This document shows, one piece after another, positions 38,887-49,512 of a DNA stretch of 64,000 bases. Below the pieces are notes generated by a model. That model was not told where the DNA came from, did no database searches, and was given only the letters and a program-made list of their open reading frames with translations. Every line of letters begins with the position of its first letter. The first letter of the stretch is position 1. The translations under genes and the position numbers were made by a program. Source of the stretch: an uncultured delta proteobacterium (GTDB lineage Bacteria; Desulfobacterota; Syntrophorhabdia; Syntrophorhabdales; WCHB1-27); the NCBI GenBank assembly GCA_963810935.1, contig CAWEPK010000005.1:64001-128000 (forward strand), in the 5' to 3' direction.

Positions 38887-39333
38887 TTGAAAAACGGCGC
38901 CCATAATTTGATGCGGGTCTTGAAGGAAGGTGGGACTGTGGCCCTCTCAACCTGGAGCACGCCTGACAAATCCTTGATGCTGAGCATAGCGGCGGGGGCA
39001 ATAAGGGAGCATTTTCCGCAGGCAATTGTGCCGGGTGCCCCAATGTGGTTCGATTTTGGACCGGCCGGTGTCCTCGACAAAACTCTTACCGATGCCGGGT
39101 TCGGCAATATAGCCCTCGAACGCCATGTTTTTGTTCAGGAAATGAGGGACGGGGAAGAATACTGGGAAGCCGTCGTGGGAATAAGCGGCCGGCTCCAAAT
39201 GCTGATGGCGAATATTCCCGCGGAAACGGCGGTGCGGATCAAGGCCAATGCAGTAGGAGCAGCCGAGAGCTTCCGCGCAGGGAAGGTGATCAAGATCCCC
39301 TGCGAGGAGCTTTTGGCTTGGGCTGTCAAGTAA
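38887..39333 (+). pseudogene. Probable C-terminal fragment of a class I SAM methyltransferase
   Basis: Starts near MRVLKEGGTVALSTW and contains LTDAGF; no SAM-binding motif I upstream. Confidence 0.5.
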
Positions 39334-39404
39334 TTACAGAAACAACTTGAAACGGCATGGGAGTTATCCTTGAGTAAAAGATGTAACCATGCTAAATAAA
39401 AGGA

Positions 39405-40241
39405 ATGCGGCGAGCAAACGTTATAACTCGGAGGGCCTTGGACAGCTTTGGCGATGCAGCATTTTTTGTGCCTGACAGCATTCAGGCCCCGTACGGTTGG
39501 TGTGGGCACTTGCCCTTTGCCTACTGGCTCGTACGATCCATTGAACCACGCACTTTAGTAGAACTCGGGACTCATTCCGGGAATTCCTACCTTACTTTTT
39601 GCCAGGCAGTACAAGAGCACTCCCTCGACACCAAATGTTACGCAGTCGATACCTGGCATGGAGACGAACATTCCAATCGCTACGGGGAAGAGGTTTTTTC
39701 GCGCCTCAAGCGGTATAGTGAAACACGTTACAGTGGTTTTTCCAGCCTTCTGCGAATGACCTTCGATGAGGCGGTGAACCATTTCGCGGATGGCTCTATC
39801 GATCTTCTCCACATCGATGGTTTGCACACCTACGAGGCTGCCCGGCATGACTTCGAAACCTGGCTCCCGAAACTCGCACCGGCCGCTATAGTGCTGTTGC
39901 ATGATACTAATGCCCGGGAGCCCGGGTTTGGAGTTTGGAGATTATGGACCGAGTTGAAGGAACGCTATCCCGAACATTTGGAATTCCTCCACTCATCAGG
40001 TCTCGGAGTTGTGCAGCTCCCAGGCGGCGCGGAAGCAAAGCTGCCGACACGGCTGGGCTCGAACGCTCTTCAAAAACAACTGGTCCAGGACTATTTCTCT
40101 GTATTAGGTATGCGGCAGGTACATCGGTGTCCGAGGCGTGGCCGGTTAAAGCGGTTGCGCCGTCTGGTCATAGCTAATCTGACGGTCTTCATGTGGCGCC
40201 ACAAATTGCGTGCCCGGCGCCCGGGGCTGACTCACACTTAG
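39405..40241 (+). CDS. Class I SAM-dependent methyltransferase (Methyltransf_24-like)
   Basis: [32 protein letters not shown]. Confidence 0.85.
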   Translation: MRRANVITRRALDSFGDAAFFVPDSIQAPYGWCGHLPFAYWLVRSIEPRTLVELGTHSGNSYLTFCQAVQEHSLDTKCYAVDTWHGDEHSNRYGEEVFSRLKRYSETRYSGFSSLLRMTFDEAVNHFADGSIDLLHIDGLHTYEAARHDFETWLPKLAPAAIVLLHDTNAREPGFGVWRLWTELKERYPEHLEFLHSSGLGVVQLPGGAEAKLPTRLGSNALQKQLVQDYFSVLGMRQVHRCPRRGRLKRLRRLVIANLTVFMWRHKLRARRPGLTHT

Positions 40242-40287
40242 GCGCAAACACCCCTTTCACATATCCTGTAACGACCGTAACTTTTCC

Positions 40288-40341
40288 TTGACACCGCAAG
40301 CCGTTTTACTATAAATTGTCCTGACAACATTGTTTTGACAA
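40288..40341 (+). promoter_or_regulatory. Promoter with tandem palindromic operators, likely MarR sites
   Basis: TTGACA-N16-TATAAA followed directly by TTGTCCTGACAA (40316-40327) and TTGTTTTGACAA (40330-40341). Confidence 0.65.
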
Positions 40342-40415
40342 CGGTCCGTCCCCCAGGCCGAGCGGAAGGCCTGAAGGGGCGGGGTCCGGCTGCATATCGG
40401 AAAGGTCTCGACTAA

Positions 40416-40859
40416 ATGAAAGTCGGCTGTCTCGACGACTCACCCGGTTTCTGGTTATACCGCGCCCACACGCAGGGGAGCAATCTTTTCAGGAAGATGC
40501 TCCTGACTGCGGGCTACGACCTGACACCCGAGCAGTGCGGCATTCTGCTGAGACTTTCGGAATTCGAGGGCATGAACCAGAGCCAGCTCGGCAAAAAGCT
40601 GCTCAAGGACCGCCACAACGTCACGCGCCTGCTCAACCTGCTCGGCGAGCGCGGCTTCATCGAGCGCAGGTCCGACGGAGCGGACAAGCGGATATTCCGC
40701 ATTTACCTCACGGAGGCGGGCAGGGCCCTGGGCGACAAGCTGGCGCCTATCGCGGGCGAATTCTTCGATTGCATGATGGCGGGACTCACGGACGAAGACG
40801 TGTCCGCAATGAAAAGAACGCTGGGACGGATAAGCAGGAATCTTGAGAGGAACACATAA
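40416..40859 (+). CDS. MarR-family transcriptional regulator
   Basis: LTPEQ, DRHNVTRLL, DKR-x4-LTEAG. Confidence 0.92.
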   Translation: MKVGCLDDSPGFWLYRAHTQGSNLFRKMLLTAGYDLTPEQCGILLRLSEFEGMNQSQLGKKLLKDRHNVTRLLNLLGERGFIERRSDGADKRIFRIYLTEAGRALGDKLAPIAGEFFDCMMAGLTDEDVSAMKRTLGRISRNLERNT

Positions 40860-40900
40860 TGGCCGGGAGATGGACGGTTTTAGGCCGCAAGGGGAGCGGA

Positions 40901-42110
40901 ATGCAAGGCATGACGAGGAAAAACGGGGTCGGCAATCAATTACTTGCCTGCGCGGCCGTTCTGCTGGCGGCAGCGGCGCTTTTCAACGGCGGGTGCAGGA
41001 AGGCGCAGTCGGTCCCTTCCGCGCCGGTCGTTGAGGTGATAGGGGTAGTGCAGAGGGACGTGCCTGTCTTCTCGGAATGGACCGCCTCGGTAGACGGCTA
41101 CGTGAACGCCACGATCCGCGCCCAGGTGCAGGGTTATCTGATAACGCGGGAATATAACGAGGGCGATTTCATAAGAAAGGGCCAGGAGCTTTTCAAGATA
41201 GACCCGCGGCCTTTTGCGGCCGCTCTCGATCAGGCCAAAGGGCGCCTTGCCGAGGACCATGCCCGGTGGGAAAACGCACGGGCAAACCTGGAGCGCATAA
41301 GGCCGCTCGTTGCCGAGCGCGCAGTGAGTAAGAAAGACCTTGACGACGCGACCGGCGCGGAGCAGTCCACGTTTGCTGCCGAGCCTCGCCTCGAAGGCGG
41401 CAGTCGATAAGGCACAGCTCGACCTCGGCTTCACGCGCATCTGCTCTCCCATCGACGGCGTGGCCGGCATCGCCAGGGCGCAGATCGGAGACCTCGTCGG
41501 CCCCGGCTCGATCGAGGAGCTGACCATCGTCTCTTCCGTAAACCCGGCCAAGGTATATGTCCCGGTGAGCGAGCAGGAATATCTTAAGTATATTCAGAAC
41601 GGCTTCGCCCAAAAAATGTCTCTGGAGCTGATCCTTGCCGACGGCAGCACCCATCCCCACAAGGGTCGCTTCGCCTTCGCAGACAGGAACGTGGACGTGC
41701 GGACGGGCACGATCAGGGTCGCGGCCCTCTTCCCCAACCCCGGAAATATCCTGCGCCCCGGCCAGTTCGCCAGGGTCCGCGCCCGGACCACGCTGAAGAA
41801 ATCGGCTATGCTGGTGCCTCAGCGGGCGGTGGCCGAGCTTCAGGGCAGTTACCATGTTGCGGTCGTAAGTCGGGACAATAAAGTGGACATCAGGCCGGTA
41901 ACGGCCTCCGAGCGCATTGAAAGCCTCTGGGTGATAGACAAGGGTTTGAAACCCGGCGAGCAGGTGATCGCAGAGGGGATCCAAAAAGTCAGGCAGGGAT
42001 CGACCGTCATTGCGCGGCCTTTCGTTCCCCCTCCGCCGGAGGCCGGCGACTCAAGCTACGTCGAGGGACAGCCAGCGGCCCCCCAACCCGCCGGTTCTAA
42101 CGGCAAATAG
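40901..42110 (+). CDS. RND efflux periplasmic adaptor (apparent frameshift near 41385)
   Basis: IRAQVQGY, LFKIDPRPF, SPIDG, TGTIRV, LRPGQF, LVPQRAV in two frames. Confidence 0.9.
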
Positions 42111-42122
42111 GGGGCCTCATCC

Positions 42123-45100
42123 ATGTCTACTTTCTTCATCAGACGCCCCATCGTTGCAATGGTCATCTCCATCATGTTCGTCGTGCTGGGCCTGGTTTCG
42201 ATGGCGGGCCTGCCGATATCGCAGTTCCCCGAGGTCGTCCCGCCTGAAGTCCAGATTCTCACCACATATACGGGCGCAGACGCGGAAACCGTCGAGCAGT
42301 CGGTCGCCACGCCCATCGAGCAGCAGATGAGCGGCGTTGACAACATGAACTACATGTATTCGGTCAACGCGAGCAACGGTACGATGCGCATCTTCGTAAA
42401 CTTCGACGTCAAGACCGACCCGAACACGGACCTCGTCCTCGCCCAGATACGCCAGAACCTTGCCCAGCCGCAGCTCCCGATAGACGTGAGGAACTACGGC
42501 GTGACCATGCAGAAGGCACGCAGCTCGCCCCTCATGATCATTGCCCTTTCTTCGCCGAAAGGCACGTACGATTCGACGTTCCTTGCCAACTACGCGAATA
42601 TCAACCTCATCGACCCCATGCTGCGCGTGCCCGGCGTGGCGATGATCAACGTTTTCGGGGCAGGCCAGTACGCCGTGCGCATATGGGTGAAGCCCGACAC
42701 GCTCGGCAAGCTCGGCGTTACGGTCCCCGATATCGTCAGCGCGGTCCAGAAACAGAATACCGTCAACCCGGCCGGGCAGATCGGCGCAGAGCCTGCACCG
42801 CCCGGACAGGAATTCACCTATACGGTGCGTACCCAGAGCCGCCTGGTCTCCCCGGAACAATTCGGCAGCATCGTGGTCCGCGCGAACCCCGACGGCTCCA
42901 CAGTGAGGCTAAGCGACGTGGCCCGCATCGAGCTCGGCGCCCAGACGTACAACGTAATGGGCCGCGTCGACGGCCATCCTGCCGGCGTCCTCGCCCTCTA
43001 CCAGTTGCCGGGCACAAACGCCCTTCAGACGGTTGGGGGCGCAAAGAAGGTCATGGAAGAGGCTAAGAAACGGTTTCCTGCCGATATCGACTATGCCGTG
43101 CACCTCGACACTACAAGGTCCATCAGCGAAGGCATCCACGAGATGCTTATCACGCTGCTCGAAGCCCTGGGGCTCGTCATCCTGGTCGTCTATCTCTTTC
43201 TCCAGGGATGGAGGGCGACCCTTATCCCGGCCCTCGCGGTGCCCGTCTCCCTCATCGGCACCTTCGCCTTCTTTCCGCTGCTCGGGTTCTCCATCAACAC
43301 CCTATCCCTTTTCGGCCTGGTCCTCGCCATAGGCCTTGTCGTCGATGACGCGATCATCGTCGTCGAGGCGGTGGAGCGCCATATCGAAGAGGGCATGACC
43401 CCGAAAGAGGCGTCCGTCAAGGCGATGCAGGAGGTCGCGGGCCCCGTCATGGCCATTGCGCTGATCCTGGCCGCAGTCTTCATCCCCACTATCTTCATCC
43501 CCGGCATAACGGGCAGGCTGTACCAGCAGTTCGCGGTGACGATCGCCATATCCGTGTTGATCTCGGCCTTCAACGCCCTCTCCCTAAGCCCGGCCCTTTG
43601 CGCCCTGCTGCTCAAACCGAGAAAGACGACGCAGGGACCGCTCGGCAGGTTCTTCGCCTCCTTCAACCGCACCTTCCACAAGGCGACCAACGGGTATATC
43701 ACGCTTTGCGCGTCCCTGATCCGCAAGAGCGTCCTCAGCCTCGGCATCCTCGCGATAGTCGCTCTCCTGGCCGGACTCCTCGGCCACCAGATACCGAGAG
43801 GGTTCCTGCCGGAAGAAGACCAGGGTTACTTCTTCGTCAACGTGGCCCTGCCCGACGCAGCCTCTCTTCAGCGCACTACCGCGGTTTCCAAAAAGATCGA
43901 GAATATCCTCAAGGATACCCCCGGGGTCGAGCATTTCCAGTCAGTGCCGGGCATCAGCCTGCTGAGCAACGCCCAGAACACGTACAGCGGCTTCTTCTTT
44001 GTTACCCTTAAGGAATGGAGCAAGAGGACAAAATCCGGGGAGCGCTCCGACGCTATCATAGCCCACCTGAACCGGGAGCTTTCGAAGCTGCCGGAGGCGG
44101 TGGCCTTTGCGTTCCCTCCGCCGGCCATCCAGGGCATCGGTATGGCGGGCGGCGCAACCGTCGTCCTTGAAGACCGGGCCGGAAAGAGCATCGGGTTCCT
44201 CGCCCAAAACCTGAATAAATACGTAGAGGCGGTCCGCAAGCGGCCCGAGATCGAGAGGGTCACGACCACTTTCGTCCCCGGCGTCCCCCAGATTTGGGTG
44301 GACGTGGACCGCGATAAGGTGCTTAGACAGGGTGTCGACGTCGGACAGGTCTACCAGACTCTCCAGGCCTTCATGGGCGGCTACTTCATCAACTATTTCA
44401 ACCGCTTCGGCAGGCAATGGCAGGTCTATGTGCAGGCAGAAGGCAAGTACCGCACAAAGGCCGAGGACATAGGCCGGTTTTACGTTACGAACGACAAAGG
44501 GAACCCGGTGCCGCTCTCGGCCGTCACGAGCATATTGTCCAGGCCGGGCCCGGAATTCACGATGCGCTATAACCTTTACAGGGCAGCGCAGATCAACGTG
44601 GCGGGGAAACAGGGCTACAGCTCAGGCCAGGTCATGAATGCAGTCGAAGAAGTATTCCGGCAGACCATGCCGCCCGAGATGGGCATCGACTACATCGGCA
44701 TGAGCTTCCAGGAAAAGAAGGCGCGGGAAGGCGTCCCGGCCTCGGCCATCTTCGGCCTCTCCCTTTTGTGCGTCTTTTTGATCCTGGCTGCCCAGTATGA
44801 AAGCTGGTCCCTCCCGTTCAGCGTGCTCCTGTGCACGCCGGTCGCGGTCTTCGGGGCCTTCCTCGCGATATACTCGCGGGGCCTGGACAATAACATCTAC
44901 GCCCAGATCGGCCTCATCGTGCTTATCGGCCTCGGCGCAAAGAACGCGATCCTTATCGTCGAATTCGCAAAAGCGGCCCACGAGCGGGGCAATGCGCTCG
45001 AAGCTGCGGCCCTCGAAGGGGCCAGGCTCCGTCTCCGGCCGATCCTGATGACGTCGTTTGCCTTCCTTTTGGGCGTCCTTCCCCTCGCCTTCTCGTCCGG

Positions 45101-45275
45101 CGCCGGCGGCATGGCCCGCCGGGTGATGGGGACCGCGGTAATGGGCGGTACGGTGGCCGCTTCCGTCATCGCCGTCTTCCTTATCCCCGTCACGTTCTAC
45201 GTGGTGGGGCGGATAACGGACCGCTCGAAAAAACGCAAACCGAAAGAGGCGGATAAAGGGGGCGGTCATGCGTAA
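42123..45275 (+). CDS. RND efflux permease (HAE1/AcrB family)
   Basis: 1050 aa; FFIRRPI, GLVVDDAIIVVE, KNAILIVEFA, RLRPILMTS. Confidence 0.96.
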   Translation: MSTFFIRRPIVAMVISIMFVVLGLVSMAGLPISQFPEVVPPEVQILTTYTGADAETVEQSVATPIEQQMSGVDNMNYMYSVNASNGTMRIFVNFDVKTDPNTDLVLAQIRQNLAQPQLPIDVRNYGVTMQKARSSPLMIIALSSPKGTYDSTFLANYANINLIDPMLRVPGVAMINVFGAGQYAVRIWVKPDTLGKLGVTVPDIVSAVQKQNTVNPAGQIGAEPAPPGQEFTYTVRTQSRLVSPEQFGSIVVRANPDGSTVRLSDVARIELGAQTYNVMGRVDGHPAGVLALYQLPGTNALQTVGGAKKVMEEAKKRFPADIDYAVHLDTTRSISEGIHEMLITLLEALGLVILVVYLFLQGWRATLIPALAVPVSLIGTFAFFPLLGFSINTLSLFGLVLAIGLVVDDAIIVVEAVERHIEEGMTPKEASVKAMQEVAGPVMAIALILAAVFIPTIFIPGITGRLYQQFAVTIAISVLISAFNALSLSPALCALLLKPRKTTQGPLGRFFASFNRTFHKATNGYITLCASLIRKSVLSLGILAIVALLAGLLGHQIPRGFLPEEDQGYFFVNVALPDAASLQRTTAVSKKIENILKDTPGVEHFQSVPGISLLSNAQNTYSGFFFVTLKEWSKRTKSGERSDAIIAHLNRELSKLPEAVAFAFPPPAIQGIGMAGGATVVLEDRAGKSIGFLAQNLNKYVEAVRKRPEIERVTTTFVPGVPQIWVDVDRDKVLRQGVDVGQVYQTLQAFMGGYFINYFNRFGRQWQVYVQAEGKYRTKAEDIGRFYVTNDKGNPVPLSAVTSILSRPGPEFTMRYNLYRAAQINVAGKQGYSSGQVMNAVEEVFRQTMPPEMGIDYIGMSFQEKKAREGVPASAIFGLSLLCVFLILAAQYESWSLPFSVLLCTPVAVFGAFLAIYSRGLDNNIYAQIGLIVLIGLGAKNAILIVEFAKAAHERGNALEAAALEGARLRLRPILMTSFAFLLGVLPLAFSSGAGGMARRVMGTAVMGGTVAASVIAVFLIPVTFYVVGRITDRSKKRKPKEADKGGGHA

Positions 45276-46704
45276 GCCCCTAGCCTGCTTTTGTTTGATC
45301 TTTACTATGGCCTTGTCGGCCTGCATGGTAGGCCCCGATTACCACAGGCCGGCCGTCGATACCCCCGAAAACTGGCGCTTCGCGGACAAAGAGGCGCAGC
45401 AGATCGCCGACACGCAGTGGTGGAGGCAGTTCGGCGACCCGGTGCTCGACGGTCTTATCGATTCGGCGTTGAAGGAGAACAAGGACGTCAAGATAGCCGC
45501 TGCGAGAGTCGAGCAGTACATTGGAAGGGCCATGGTGGTCCGCGCAGCGCAGTTCCCGCAGGTGACGGGGGCCGCCGTCCCGACGCGGACCAGGGTCTCG
45601 GACTATATCAATCCGCCCTGGCCGGCGGAGTCCGGCGCCCTGAACCCGTACTCCGACTTCAGGCCGTTCTTAAGCGCAAGCTGGCAGATCGACCTCTGGG
45701 GCCAATTGAGGCGCGCCACGCAGGCAGCAAGGGCTGACCTCCTGGCGACCAGGGAGGCCAGACAGGGGGTCATCCTTACAGTCGTCGCCGCAGTTGCTTC
45801 CGCGTATACGGACCTCCTCGACCTCGACAAGCAGCTCGACATCGCAGTACAGACCGTCGCAAGCCGGGCGGACACCCTCAAGCTTTTCCAACTGCGCTTC
45901 GACCGGGGCCTCACCTCGGAGCTGGAGTTGCGCCAGGCACAGTCCGAGTACCAGTCTGCCCTTTCTACAGTGCCGCTGCTGAAGAAGCTCATCGGCCAGC
46001 AGGAGAACGCCCTCTGCGTACTCCTCGGAAGGAACCCCGGCCCCATCGTGAGGGGGCGGCCTTTCGACGGCCTCGTGCTGCCCGCGGTGCCTGCCGGCCT
46101 GCCCTCGGAGCTTTTGGAGAGGCGGCCCGATATACGCCAGGCGGAGCAAAACCTGATTGCCGCGAACGCGCGGATCGGCGTAGCGAAGTCCCAGTACTAC
46201 CCGAATATTACGCTGACGGGCCTTTACGGCTACGAGAGCACCAGCCTGTCCAATCTGTTTACCGGCCCCGCAAGGATGTGGAGCTACGCGGCGCCGGTCG
46301 TGGCGCCCATTTTCACCGCCGGGGCGATCGCCGGGACGGTTCGGCTCGCGGAAGGCGTGCAGATGGAAATGCTGGCCCGCTACGAGCAGACGATCCAGCA
46401 GGCGTTCAGGGAGGTGGAGGACGGCCTCATAGACCAGGCGAAGTCGAGGGAGCAGCTTTCAATACAGGCTGGACAGGTCGAGGCGCTCAAAGAATATGAC
46501 CGCCTGGCGCGGCTCAGATACAACAACGGCTACACGAGCTACATCGAGGTGCTCGATGCGGAGCGGAGCCTGTTTGTCGCGCAGCTTTACTATGCGCAGA
46601 CACAGGCCGTTCTGATGCGCGCCCTTATTAATCTCTACAGGTCTATGGGCGGCGGCTGGGTAATGGAGGCTGAAAAGTTGGCTTACCCGGCCCCGGTGAA
46701 GTAA
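45268..46704 (+). CDS. RND efflux outer-membrane lipoprotein (OprM/NodT family)
   Basis: LSAC lipobox, WWRQFGDP, LLERRPDIRQAE, GGGW. Confidence 0.93.
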   Translation: MRKPLACFCLIFTMALSACMVGPDYHRPAVDTPENWRFADKEAQQIADTQWWRQFGDPVLDGLIDSALKENKDVKIAAARVEQYIGRAMVVRAAQFPQVTGAAVPTRTRVSDYINPPWPAESGALNPYSDFRPFLSASWQIDLWGQLRRATQAARADLLATREARQGVILTVVAAVASAYTDLLDLDKQLDIAVQTVASRADTLKLFQLRFDRGLTSELELRQAQSEYQSALSTVPLLKKLIGQQENALCVLLGRNPGPIVRGRPFDGLVLPAVPAGLPSELLERRPDIRQAEQNLIAANARIGVAKSQYYPNITLTGLYGYESTSLSNLFTGPARMWSYAAPVVAPIFTAGAIAGTVRLAEGVQMEMLARYEQTIQQAFREVEDGLIDQAKSREQLSIQAGQVEALKEYDRLARLRYNNGYTSYIEVLDAERSLFVAQLYYAQTQAVLMRALINLYRSMGGGWVMEAEKLAYPAPVK

Positions 46705-46725
46705 AGTCTCCGCCGGAAAAGTACC

Positions 46726-48372
46726 CTATCCCTTGCCGAGCTTTTCCTTGATGTCTTCCCTCAGAACTTTCTTATCGACCTTGCCGACCTTCGTCATCGG
46801 CAGGTCCTCTATAAACTCGACCCTCTCCGGCAGTTGCTGCACCGACGCGCCCTTCGATTTCAGGAAAGCGACGATCTCTTCGAACTTAAGCCCTGCGCCC
46901 GGCTTCGTTTTGACGTAGGCGCAGATCCTTTCGCCCAGGACGACGTCTGGCATGCCGACTACGGCGCTGTCTTCGATCTCCGGATGGGCCGAGAGCCGGT
47001 TCTCGATCTCTACGGCGCTTATCTTCTCTCCGCCCCTGTTGATGATGTCCTTGATTCTTCCGGTGATCGTGATATTCCCGGCGTTGTCTTTACGCGCCCT
47101 GTCGCCCGTCTTGAAAAAACCGTCGGCCGTGAAGATGTCCTTGTTCTCTTCGGGCGACTTGAAATAACCGGTGAAAATGCCGGGCCCCTTCGAGACCAGC
47201 TCGCCTTCGCCGCCGGCCGGCACCTCGTTGCCTGCCTCGTTGATGATCTTTATCGTATCGTAAGGACAAGCCGGCCTGCCCACGCTGCCGAGGATGATCT
47301 CTGCGCTGTCTCCCGGCCGCGTCGAAATGTTGGTTCCTTCGGAGGAGCCGAAGGCGTTTATAACGATGCAATGGAGCTTCTGGTTGGCTGCCGTCAGCAG
47401 TTCCGGCGTTGAGGGCGCACCCCCCAGGCAGACTTTCTTGAGCGAGGCGAGGTCGTATTTTTCCAGGCCGTCCACCCCGATCATCCTCGTGATAAGCGCG
47501 GGGACGGAAGGGATGGCGGTGACCCGCTCCTTCTGGACCCATTCGCATATGTCCTCGCCCGTCGAGGAATCTAGAAGGACCAGCTTGGCATAATTCAGCA
47601 GGGCGGCCCCGATGCCCCAGTGCATGGCCATACTGTGCCCCACCGGCGTGATCACCATGATCGTGTCTTCCGCCGTGATGTTCCATGCCCGCGAGTGGTA
47701 CTCGACGTTCACGATATAGGAGTTGTGCGTGCGGACGCTCGCCTTCGGCAGGCCCGTCGTCCCGCCGGTCGGCATGATATGGGATACCTCGTCCGGGTCG
47801 GGCCTCATTTTCTCCAGGGCCTCGAAATCTTCCGGCGTCGGCTCCGTGGCCTCTATCAGCTCTTCCATCGTCGGATAAGGGCCTTTCTTTCCCGCGCGCA
47901 GGTTAATTACGTGCTCAAGCTGCGGGTTTTCCTTCAATACTGCGTCTATGACCGGCTGGTAATCGATCTTGCCGTACTGCTTCGGCACCACCCAGGCGAC
48001 GGGCTTCGTAAGCGCCGCGATATGGTTGATCTCCGACTCGTTGTGGCGCGGAATGAGGAGCACCGTCAGGGCGCCGATCTTCTGCATGGCAAAGAAGGCC
48101 ACTATATACTCGTGCCAGTTGGGGAATTGGAGAAGCACCCAGTCGCGCTGCTTCACGCCGAGCTTCATCAGCGCGATCGCAAAACGGTCCATCTCCCGGC
48201 GCAGCTCGCCGTAAGTGTAGCTCCCCGTCCCGTCGACAAGGCCTATCCTGTCCGGATAGATATCGGACGCCCTGTCGAGCAGGTCGCTCCACGTAAGGCC
48301 GAGCCACCAGCGCCTGCGGTTGTACTTCTCCCTGTCTTCTTTTGCGTATTCCGTAAAACCTTCTATTGCCAT
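46726..48372 (-). CDS. AMP-dependent ligase, 2,3-dihydroxybenzoate-AMP ligase / aryl-CoA ligase-like
   Basis: TGGTTGLPK, FGSSEG, TGD, GRIKDIINRGGEKI. Confidence 0.88.
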   Translation of the reverse strand: MAIEGFTEYAKEDREKYNRRRWWLGLTWSDLLDRASDIYPDRIGLVDGTGSYTYGELRREMDRFAIALMKLGVKQRDWVLLQFPNWHEYIVAFFAMQKIGALTVLLIPRHNESEINHIAALTKPVAWVVPKQYGKIDYQPVIDAVLKENPQLEHVINLRAGKKGPYPTMEELIEATEPTPEDFEALEKMRPDPDEVSHIMPTGGTTGLPKASVRTHNSYIVNVEYHSRAWNITAEDTIMVITPVGHSMAMHWGIGAALLNYAKLVLLDSSTGEDICEWVQKERVTAIPSVPALITRMIGVDGLEKYDLASLKKVCLGGAPSTPELLTAANQKLHCIVINAFGSSEGTNISTRPGDSAEIILGSVGRPACPYDTIKIINEAGNEVPAGGEGELVSKGPGIFTGYFKSPEENKDIFTADGFFKTGDRARKDNAGNITITGRIKDIINRGGEKISAVEIENRLSAHPEIEDSAVVGMPDVVLGERICAYVKTKPGAGLKFEEIVAFLKSKGASVQQLPERVEFIEDLPMTKVGKVDKKVLREDIKEKLGKG

Positions 48373-48394
48373 GCAGAGACCCCTTTCTGTATTT

Positions 48395-49459
48395 TTAGTA
48401 TTGATACGCCGTAGGTATCTTCTTTGCCTTTTCCTGGGCCTTCCAGTATTCGATGCGCTCTTTGATGAAGGCTATCCAGGCATCGACCTCGGCGGCCTTG
48501 TAGCCCTTGGCGATCATGTCTTTTTTGAAGTCTGCGATGACGGGCTGTGCTGCTTTTACCCACCTGGCGCTCTCGGCGTCGGAGATGTTGATTATCTGGC
48601 CGCCCTGCTTTTTGAACCAGTCGCCGCCCTCGATGTCAATGCGGTTCCACTCGACAAGCCACTGGTCTAAGAACTCGCCCTTGGAGTAGTCGGTTATGAT
48701 CTTCTGGACGTCTGCGGGCAGGCTGTTCCACTTGTTCTTGTTCATGATTACGTAGAAGGAGAAGACGCTGCCTATCTTCCAGGAGGCGGTGACGTACTTC
48801 TCTACCTCGCCGATCTTGAACCCTTTGAGCTGCTCTAACGGACCGAAGTTGCCCTCCACTACGCCGCGGCGCAGGGCCTCATAGGTATCGACGATCTCGA
48901 TAGGCATCGGGACTGCGCCCAGGGCGCGGGCTATGTCGCCTATCCTGCCGGGGCCCCGTAGCTTCATGCCCTTTATGTCTTCCAAGGTCTTTACGGGCTT
49001 TGAGAGCGACTGGAGGACGTTGACGGGGCTCGTCGAGAACATGATGGGATGGAAGGCGTCCCATTCCTTCGGCTTGAACTTGTCATAGAAGTCGTTGGAG
49101 ACGTGGCCCGCGATCCAGGGGCTCGGGAACCCTATAGGCAGCTCCATGATCTCCATTACGGGGAAGCGGCCGCGGGTGTACGAGCAGTGGGAGAAGCCGA
49201 TGTCGGCAATGCCCGTCAGCACGCCCGGGGCGATCTTGGGGGCGGTAAGAAGCGTGCCGCCCGTATACTGGGTGATCTCCACCTTGCCCGCGAGCTTCTT
49301 GTTAAGCCCGTCGGCCCACTTGCCGAGCATGACCGAGTTCATGTGGACGGGCGGGAAGTAATTGGCCAGCTTCAGCTTGATCACATCCGCGCCGGCAATC
49401 GAAGAGAACGAGAGACAAAGCGCGAGGACACATAGGAAGACCGTCAGTTTTCTTAGCAT
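48395..49459 (-). CDS. dctP: TRAP transporter substrate-binding protein
   Basis: Signal peptide, GMKLR, YEALRRGVV, WNSLP. Confidence 0.88.
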   Translation of the reverse strand: MLRKLTVFLCVLALCLSFSSIAGADVIKLKLANYFPPVHMNSVMLGKWADGLNKKLAGKVEITQYTGGTLLTAPKIAPGVLTGIADIGFSHCSYTRGRFPVMEIMELPIGFPSPWIAGHVSNDFYDKFKPKEWDAFHPIMFSTSPVNVLQSLSKPVKTLEDIKGMKLRGPGRIGDIARALGAVPMPIEIVDTYEALRRGVVEGNFGPLEQLKGFKIGEVEKYVTASWKIGSVFSFYVIMNKNKWNSLPADVQKIITDYSKGEFLDQWLVEWNRIDIEGGDWFKKQGGQIINISDAESARWVKAAQPVIADFKKDMIAKGYKAAEVDAWIAFIKERIEYWKAQEKAKKIPTAYQY

Positions 49460-49512
49460 CTTTTTACCCCCTTTGAAGGTTTTTGCGTATCTTTATACCC
49501 CATTTACCCCTC

